The position numbers and the translations under genes were made by a program. 24,000 nt of DNA from contig JAEOTE010000067.1 of NCBI GenBank assembly GCA_016839945.1, forward strand, positions 4,776 through 28,775, in the 5' to 3' direction. The DNA comes from Candidatus Heimdallarchaeota archaeon. GTDB taxonomy: Archaea; Asgardarchaeota; Heimdallarchaeia; Heimdallarchaeales; Heimdallarchaeaceae. The notes beneath the pieces are model-generated. The model made no database searches. It was not told the origin of the DNA and saw nothing but the letters and a program-made list of their open reading frames with translations. Below are positions 17,946 to 24,000 of this stretch, one piece after another. The first letter of the stretch is position 1; each line of letters begins with the position of its first letter.

Positions 17946-18245
17946 CTAGATTGAATCACAAGAACAAGGATTACTACTGCACCTTGGACAAATCTCATCA
18001 TATTTCTCTTTAAAAGCTGAAGAAACATCTATTTTCAAGATATTTGCAATGCTTAAGGTCCATGCAATTATGTCAACAATCTCTTCTTTTATTTTTTCTT
18101 CATCCTCTAGAAGAACTGACTCAGCTAATTCTCCCATCTCTTCCATTAATTTAAGTACTGTTTTTTCAGTACCTCTTTTACTATCTTTTTCCAAATATAA
18201 ATTCTTCATTAATTCCTGAGATTCCTTAATAATTCTCACCCTCAT
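17946..18245 (-). CDS. MazG-like nucleotide pyrophosphohydrolase
   Basis: 99 aa, KLMEEMGELAESVLLE...EEIVDIIAWTLSIAN (EExxE...ExxD), C-terminal CPRCSSNPCSC. Confidence 0.8.
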   Translation of the reverse strand: MRVRIIKESQELMKNLYLEKDSKRGTEKTVLKLMEEMGELAESVLLEDEEKIKEEIVDIIAWTLSIANILKIDVSSAFKEKYDEICPRCSSNPCSCDSI

Positions 18246-18260
18246 AAATCGATAAGATTC

Positions 18261-18452
18261 TCATGGTGCAGGAGCTGTGTAGAAAATATTCCCTACAATA
18301 ACTGCTATAATCAAGACAACACTAAAAATTACAACGTACCAAGGGCCAATTTTAACGCCAGGTAGATCTTCATCATAGTATCTCATCAATCCTGCTCCTG
18401 TTGCAGGCATTGGACTGGTGTCTCTTTTTTTCTTTTTCTGAGAACTACTCAT
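18261..18452 (-). CDS. secG: Sec61-beta family protein translocase subunit
   Basis: MSSSQKKKKRDTSPMPATGAGLMRYYDEDLPGVKIGPWYVVIFSVVLIIAVIVGNIF; single C-terminal TM and (A)GLxRYxDEdxPGxKIGP motif. Provided ORF starts at 18461. Confidence 0.92.
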   Translation of the reverse strand: MSSSQKKKKRDTSPMPATGAGLMRYYDEDLPGVKIGPWYVVIFSVVLIIAVIVGNIFYTAPAP

Positions 18453-18545
18453 TATTATCAAAAATCCCTAATAACTAAACTATATATTATTTTTCATCAA
18501 TCACTTTTATTATATATAAAGAAATTAAGAGATTAATGATGGAGA

Positions 18546-18642
18546 TGGCGACCCCGACGCGATTCGAACGCGCGACCACCAACTTTCTTCAAGAAGCTTG
18601 AATTTAGAAGGCTGGTGCTCTATCCAGCTGAGCTACGGGGTC
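18546..18642 (-). tRNA. tRNA-Arg(TCT) with 20-nt intron at position 37/38, CCA encoded
   Basis: Minus strand: GACCCCG-TA-GCTC...GAGC-A-CCAGC-CTTCTA|ATTCAAGCTTCTTGAAGAA(20-nt insert 18604-18585)|A-GTTGG-TGGTC-GCGCG-TTCGAAT-CGCGT-CGGGGTC-G-CCA; anticodon TCT at 18608-18606. Confidence 0.9.
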
Positions 18643-18750
18643 ATTACAAGGTTTATCTTCCTTCATGATATTTAAATCTTAAACTTTTTGATGTAAGGAT
18701 TCTTTTTATTCTGTATTCGAAAATTATATATTTGTTTACCAAATCAAAAA

Positions 18751-20337
18751 ATGCTTATGGATTCTTCAAAGCAACTTAGTAAGCTTATATTGGCAGGATA
18801 TCAATTAACTCCAGAAGCTTATAATTATATGGTTTCTGTAGATAATATAGAGGAGATAATTGAAGAAATATTATCCTCTAAAATTCAAACAGTTATCTTG
18901 TCCTTACAAGATATTAAAAGCATTTTAAATAAGCTAGAGCCAAAGAAAAAGGAAAAAGTTGTTGATGCTGAAGAACCTAAAGTGAAAAAAGAAATTGTAG
19001 AAGAAAAAATATCAGAAATTAAAAAATTAGAAGAAGAAGAGAAAAAAACGCTAAAAACTAGACCTAGAAAGGAGAAATATGTCACAGATTTGGAAATAAT
19101 AAATTCTCCAAAAATTGCAAAATCTCCGGGAAAAATAGAAAATTTTCATCAATATTTAGAAAGTAGATTTCTAAGCATAAATAAGATGTTTTTAAATAGA
19201 CAAGATATAGAAAATAGAGTTAGTATATCTTCTCTTCTTCCAAACAAAAGTAAAGATGAAGTGTCACTTGTTGCAATGGTATTTTCAAAAAGGAAAACAT
19301 CACGTGGAAATTATATTTTAGAATTAGATGATCAGACTGGTAAAATAACAGCTATTATAAGTCCTAGCAGCAAAAATATTGAGTTAGCAAAAAAAGCTAA
19401 AAATATTCTAGAAGACACAGTTTTATGTTTTTCTGGAAATTGGAAAGGTTTTGGGGATAAAAGTAAACTAGAAGTCAAAGATGTTATTTGGCCTGATATC
19501 CCATATGATCGTAAAGCAAACAAATCCTATGAAGATCCATTTGCACTTTTTATTTCAGACATTCATGTAGGGTCAAAAAATTTTGCAGAAAATCTTTTCT
19601 CAAGACTAATAAAATTCTTGAATGGTAAACTTGAATCAAAGAAATGGAATGATGCAGGTGAGCGAGTCAAGTATTTATTTGTAGCTGGTGATTTAGTTGA
19701 TGGAGTAGGTATCTATCCAGGACAAGAAGCAGACCTCATTCAAGAAAACATTCATCTTCAATATCTTCTTTCTACTGCTTATTTTGAAAAAATACGCAGT
19801 GATGTTGAAATTATTATAATTCCTGGAAATCATGATGCTGCGAGAGCTGCTGAACCACAAACACCTATACAAGAAGAATTTGCACCTGAATTATACGCAT
19901 TAGATAATGTTCATCTCTTAGGTAGTCCTGCATATGTAAAAACACATAATGTGGAAGTTTTAATGTCTCATGGAAATTCAATTTTAGACATAAATTCAGC
20001 AATAGTTGATATATCTCATGAAACATCTATACCTGCAATGATTGAAATGCTTAGAAATCGTCATTTAGTTCCCATTTATGGCAGAAGAACTTCTATTGCT
20101 CCAGAGTCTTTTGATCAATTAGTAATATCAAAAATCCCTGATATTTTTCATACTGGTCATACACACATTTCTGGAGATGAAAATTATCGGGGTGTAACTC
20201 TTATTAATTCAGGAACATTTCAATTTCAAACAGATTACCAGAAAAGTATGAATATAAATCCCACAACTGGTAAAACTTGCATTGTGAATCTTAAAACCTT
20301 AGACAGAACAAGAATAGATTTTAACATTATAACATGA
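18751..20337 (+). CDS. polD1: DNA polymerase D small subunit (DP1)
   Basis: 528 aa; phosphoesterase motifs LFISDIHVGSKNF, VAGDLVDGVGIYPG, IIPGNHDAARAAEPQ, GHTHISG; OB-fold region before them. Confidence 0.95.
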   Translation: MLMDSSKQLSKLILAGYQLTPEAYNYMVSVDNIEEIIEEILSSKIQTVILSLQDIKSILNKLEPKKKEKVVDAEEPKVKKEIVEEKISEIKKLEEEEKKTLKTRPRKEKYVTDLEIINSPKIAKSPGKIENFHQYLESRFLSINKMFLNRQDIENRVSISSLLPNKSKDEVSLVAMVFSKRKTSRGNYILELDDQTGKITAIISPSSKNIELAKKAKNILEDTVLCFSGNWKGFGDKSKLEVKDVIWPDIPYDRKANKSYEDPFALFISDIHVGSKNFAENLFSRLIKFLNGKLESKKWNDAGERVKYLFVAGDLVDGVGIYPGQEADLIQENIHLQYLLSTAYFEKIRSDVEIIIIPGNHDAARAAEPQTPIQEEFAPELYALDNVHLLGSPAYVKTHNVEVLMSHGNSILDINSAIVDISHETSIPAMIEMLRNRHLVPIYGRRTSIAPESFDQLVISKIPDIFHTGHTHISGDENYRGVTLINSGTFQFQTDYQKSMNINPTTGKTCIVNLKTLDRTRIDFNIIT

Positions 20338-20366
20338 AGCAATGGAAAAATGTTATAGATGAGATA

Positions 20367-20780
20367 CTATTCCATCGGCATCTCATCTTCTTCAATTTGT
20401 ACGTATGATAAGATGTCTGCTATTTGTGGTGCATGATTTGAAAGAACAGCAATTGCGTTTTTGAATTCCTCTATATCACTAGTTCCTCCAACCAAATGAA
20501 AATCACCTATAGATTTCAAGATTAAAAAACCATTTTTTCCTCGTACCATTACATCATTTATTGGGGCGAAATTCAGCCTCTCTAGCGCTAATCTTGCAGC
20601 TGCAACAAGGGCTGCTCCTATTGCAGATAATTCAGTTGAATTTGCTCTTTTATCACCAGCATAAAAAGCAATTCTATCTCCTGTAGCTGTTAAAACAGCC
20701 AAAGCTTCCAATTTTGCTTCTTGAGTTATGTCTTTCAATTCTTTAGCTAAAGCATAAGCAATCTTTCTCTCAAGTCTCAT
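20367..20780 (-). CDS. Roadblock/LC7 domain protein
   Basis: 137 aa; ALAVLTATGDRIAFYA...LSAIGAALVAAARLALERLNFAPINDVMVRGKNGFLILKSIGDFHLVGGTS. Confidence 0.78.
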   Translation of the reverse strand: MRLERKIAYALAKELKDITQEAKLEALAVLTATGDRIAFYAGDKRANSTELSAIGAALVAAARLALERLNFAPINDVMVRGKNGFLILKSIGDFHLVGGTSDIEEFKNAIAVLSNHAPQIADILSYVQIEEDEMPME

Positions 20781-20957
20781 TTGTATCTAATCAATTTAGT
20801 CTGAAATATGTTAATTAACTTTACTATAATTTTCGTAAAAATAATATATTGTACGTAAAAAGCTATATTCATAAGTAATATTTTTAAACGCATTTCTTTA
20901 TCTCACTTCAAATAAAGCATTAGCTAGTTTCGTAGATTGATAATATAGGTGAATTGA

Positions 20958-23231
20958 TTGTCTAGTGGCACAGGGTTAACCGGTATATTAAGTAGAATTT
21001 GGAAAAAGATAGTAGATCACTTTGAAGATTATGAAATTAAGAGAGAGACACTATTGAACAGAATAAGTTTCTTACTTATTCTTGCAATAGGAATCACAGT
21101 TCGATTACTCGCTGTTATGAGAGGTTACGATACTCTGATAAAAGCATTCGATCCTTATGTTCAATTAGTTAGTACTGAATATATAAATCAAAATGGTTTT
21201 ATTGAATTCGTTCATTGGTTTAAATCAGATTCATGGTATCCTTATGGTTTTTACACTGGAAAACTGTTATACTGGGGAGTTCCAACTAGTGCTATAGTAA
21301 TACATGGTTTTCTTAACCTTCTTTCAATAAATGTTTCAATCAAAATAGTTGCTTTTTACAGTCCAGTTTTTTATGGGGCACTAACAATAATAGCTGCATA
21401 TTTTCTTGGGAAGGAGGCTGTAAGTACTAGAACTGGCCTCTTTACAGCTTTCTTTATGGCTATCTCTCCAGCGTTTGTTTCAAGAAGTACGGCTGGTTTC
21501 TTTGACAATGAATCGATAGGGATTCTTTTTACGGTTCTAACCTTGTTCTTCTTTATACGTGCAATCAAAAGAGGAGGAACATTATCAGCTTTTGGGGCAG
21601 GTATAAGTCTTGGTCTCTTAATTGCAAGCTGGGGTGCATATAGATATGTCTTAGATTTGTTACCTCTAGCAGTGTTTTTCTTGGTAATAACAAGAAAATT
21701 GACTTATAAGCTCATAAAAGCGTATACTATTACAATTGTTACAGCTTTAAGTATAGGTTTTCTACTCCCAAGAGTTATCGCAAATCAATTCTTCAATATA
21801 GATGTAATGATTCCTGTACTGATGATAGGTTTTCTAATAATAGTCGGCATTATTCAAAATCTTTCACAGAGTTTAAGTGAGAAGACGTTCAAACAAGTCT
21901 TGATTGTTGGTGCTTTAACAATATTTGTACTCTTAATAATACTAGTAACTGTTTTTCTTTCATTAGGTATATTTACAAACATAGCAACCAAATTCTGGGC
22001 CGTTATCTTACCAGGTGGAAGAGATGCAATACCCATTATAGCTTCAGTAAGCGAACATCAACCCATGACTTGGGCTGAGCTTTTTATGAATCTTCACATT
22101 ATGACCTTCCTTATTCCCTTAGGATTATATTACTGTTTGAAGAAACCAACAGACATTAACATACTAATTGTCGTATGGGGCATTACAACAATTTACTTCT
22201 CTGGATCAATGGTTCGATTAGCTTTATTACTAGCACCCGCAGCAGCTTTAATCAGTGCCATTGCAATCGATAAGTTACTTTATACTTATTCTCTCAGTGC
22301 TCATGGTAAAATTGCTTTAACAAAAAGAAAAATACGCTTAACAAAATCAATAGGAAGAGACGAAGCAATAATTGCTTATGTTGTTATATTTGGATTACTT
22401 ATCGCATTTTCGGTTCATAGTCTAAATATGGCTGATCAATTTTCAAGATCTGAAATGGCCCCAGTGCTTTTTTATCCAAAACCTGGTTTTCCAATGGGTG
22501 ATTGGCAAGAATCCTTGGAATGGATAAGAAACCAAGCGCAGTTAGATGGAATTGTTAAAAATAGCCCTACGGTAGTTTTAAGCTGGTGGGATTATGGTTA
22601 CTGGATTACGAACTATGGTAATGCAACGTCACTTGTAGATAATGCTACAACGAATAGTTCACAAATAGGAACTGTAGGCACTATGCTCATGTGGGATTTC
22701 ATAGAATCCGTTAAACTCATGTACAAGTATAATGTAAAATACGTTCTAGTAAACTCTCAAGCAGGTATTCCAGGTTTAGGATCGGATCTAGGAAAAGCCA
22801 TATGGTGTATAAGAATCGCAGAATCAACAGTATCAAGGTATGGAATTACAGAGGAAGCTTATTATGGTCTAGATGAAGAGAGAAGATATTATCAGTATAA
22901 GGTACCATTCTTTTCTTCTGTTCTCTACAGATTATGTGCTTATGATCGGGAAACAGGTTTCGCTTGGGATTCAAATACTCCAGGAACACCAACAAGTAAC
23001 GAACCTGGACTTCTAAGACTTGCTTCAAGCTATCCAGTTTACGATTTAAAGGGCGACGATGGAGTTACATATTTCAGAGAAGTGTTTAGAAGCTATGGTC
23101 TAGCTGATTCCCTTGAAACAGCTCGTAAATTTCCATTAGTTAGGATATATGAAGTAATATACCCTGAAAACATCGCTCAACTATCTACGGAATTAAACAG
23201 CTTGTATCCTTTAAGCAGCAGTTCTGAATAA
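20958..23231 (+). CDS. aglB: Oligosaccharyltransferase catalytic subunit (STT3/AglB), TTG start
   Basis: 757 aa multi-TM; KAFDPYVQLVST acidic loop motif, VLSWWDYGYWITNYGNATSL (WWDYG); AGGTG upstream of TTG at 20958. Confidence 0.95.
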   Translation: MSSGTGLTGILSRIWKKIVDHFEDYEIKRETLLNRISFLLILAIGITVRLLAVMRGYDTLIKAFDPYVQLVSTEYINQNGFIEFVHWFKSDSWYPYGFYTGKLLYWGVPTSAIVIHGFLNLLSINVSIKIVAFYSPVFYGALTIIAAYFLGKEAVSTRTGLFTAFFMAISPAFVSRSTAGFFDNESIGILFTVLTLFFFIRAIKRGGTLSAFGAGISLGLLIASWGAYRYVLDLLPLAVFFLVITRKLTYKLIKAYTITIVTALSIGFLLPRVIANQFFNIDVMIPVLMIGFLIIVGIIQNLSQSLSEKTFKQVLIVGALTIFVLLIILVTVFLSLGIFTNIATKFWAVILPGGRDAIPIIASVSEHQPMTWAELFMNLHIMTFLIPLGLYYCLKKPTDINILIVVWGITTIYFSGSMVRLALLLAPAAALISAIAIDKLLYTYSLSAHGKIALTKRKIRLTKSIGRDEAIIAYVVIFGLLIAFSVHSLNMADQFSRSEMAPVLFYPKPGFPMGDWQESLEWIRNQAQLDGIVKNSPTVVLSWWDYGYWITNYGNATSLVDNATTNSSQIGTVGTMLMWDFIESVKLMYKYNVKYVLVNSQAGIPGLGSDLGKAIWCIRIAESTVSRYGITEEAYYGLDEERRYYQYKVPFFSSVLYRLCAYDRETGFAWDSNTPGTPTSNEPGLLRLASSYPVYDLKGDDGVTYFREVFRSYGLADSLETARKFPLVRIYEVIYPENIAQLSTELNSLYPLSSSSE

Positions 23232-23350
23232 CTGCTGTATCTATTATATTTTTTTCAATACATTGAAGTAAGTAATATGATTTTGAAAACGACTTTGTTT
23301 CTGCCTACTTTTAGTAATCTAAGTAATTAAAACATTAAATGAAAAACAAC

Positions 23351-23371
23351 CGAACCAAAATGCTTTTAATA
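23351..23371 (+). promoter_or_regulatory. Candidate BRE/TATA of the EF-1A gene
   Basis: CGAACCAAAATGCTTTTAATA upstream of EF-1A in a 209-nt intergenic region. Confidence 0.35.
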
Positions 23372-23440
23372 ATTCAACTAGGGGAATTATTAAAATACAA
23401 CCCAAATATTAGTATTCTAATAAAAAAAGGTGTAGAAAAA

Positions 23441-24000
23441 ATGAGCTCAAAAGATAAACCTCATTTGAATTTAGTAATCATAGGTCACGTTGACCACGGA
23501 AAATCTACAATGACAGGTCATTTATTGTATCTCTGTGGTAGTGTGTCAGATAGAGACATACAAAAATTCGAGAAAGAAGCTGAATTAATCGGACGAGGTA
23601 GTTTCAAATTCGCTTGGGTTTTAGACAAGCTGAAAGAAGAGCGAGAAAGAGGTGTAACTATCGATCTTGCATTCTATAAATTTGAAACTAAAAAACATTA
23701 TTTCACCATTATTGATGCTCCTGGACATCGTGACTTCGTGAAGAATATGATAACAGGAACCTCACAAGCTGATGCCGCAATATTGGTTGTCAGTGCAGGA
23801 ACTGGTGAATTTGAAGCAGGAATTAGTACAACTGGACAAACAAGAGAACATGCTTTACTAGCAAAAACCTTAGGTGTTGACCAAGTAGTAGTTGCAGTCA
23901 ATAAAATGGATCTTGCTAAATATAAGAAAGAACGTTTTGATGAAATTAAAGATGAAATGGAAAGAAACCTCAAGCTTTTTGGTTTTGACATGAAAAAGGT
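23441..24000 (+). CDS. tuf: Translation elongation factor 1-alpha, N-terminal part, truncated by window edge
   Basis: [35 protein letters not shown]...[51 protein letters not shown]...NKMDLA; SD AAAAAGGTG. Confidence 0.97.
   Translation, partial: MSSKDKPHLNLVIIGHVDHGKSTMTGHLLYLCGSVSDRDIQKFEKEAELIGRGSFKFAWVLDKLKEERERGVTIDLAFYKFETKKHYFTIIDAPGHRDFVKNMITGTSQADAAILVVSAGTGEFEAGISTTGQTREHALLAKTLGVDQVVVAVNKMDLAKYKKERFDEIKDEMERNLKLFGFDMKK

Noticed and set aside
1-24000. CRISPR arrays, rRNA, transposases, integrases or phage genes
   Set aside because: No periodic repeats, rRNA-like conserved blocks or recombinase/transposase motifs were seen in any frame inspected.

Overview
This is a low-GC archaeal chromosomal window that looks Asgard-type. 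That lineage call is an inference from a PolD replicase, Sec61-beta, a Roadblock/LC7 protein, a gelsolin-like domain, a Urm1-like protein, STT3/AglB and EF-1A together. It is mostly core information-processing DNA. The left edge has divergent EF-2 (partial) and uS10. A long minus-strand run follows (9168 to 1344): RNase H-fold protein, MoxR AAA+ ATPase, VWA protein, Zn ribbon-PUA-PAPS reductase-ferredoxin protein, Sm-like protein, archaeosine TGT and an unknown protein. The plus strand then carries PolD large subunit, archaeosortase-like protein, gelsolin-like protein, Urm1/MoaD-like protein, tRNA-Ser(TGA), type IA topoisomerase and a small Zn protein. Minus-strand glutaredoxin-like, MazG-like and Sec61-beta genes and an intron-containing tRNA-Arg(TCT) come next, then PolD small subunit, a minus-strand Roadblock protein, AglB/STT3 and partial EF-1A. 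The strongest leads are: (1) the PAPS-reductase-like gene has its conserved N-terminal Zn ribbon encoded upstream of the provided ORF start with no ATG/GTG/TTG in frame, and the only overlapping ATG (TAATG) is one frame off and separated from it by a 9-A homopolymer; (2) this gene is directly coupled to a MoxR-VWA chaperone-like pair; (3) a perfect 18-bp palindrome covers the uS10 ribosome-binding site; (4) an archaeosortase-like gene, and a gelsolin-like/Urm1-like gene pair, sit among replication genes. I saw no CRISPR array, rRNA or mobile element.
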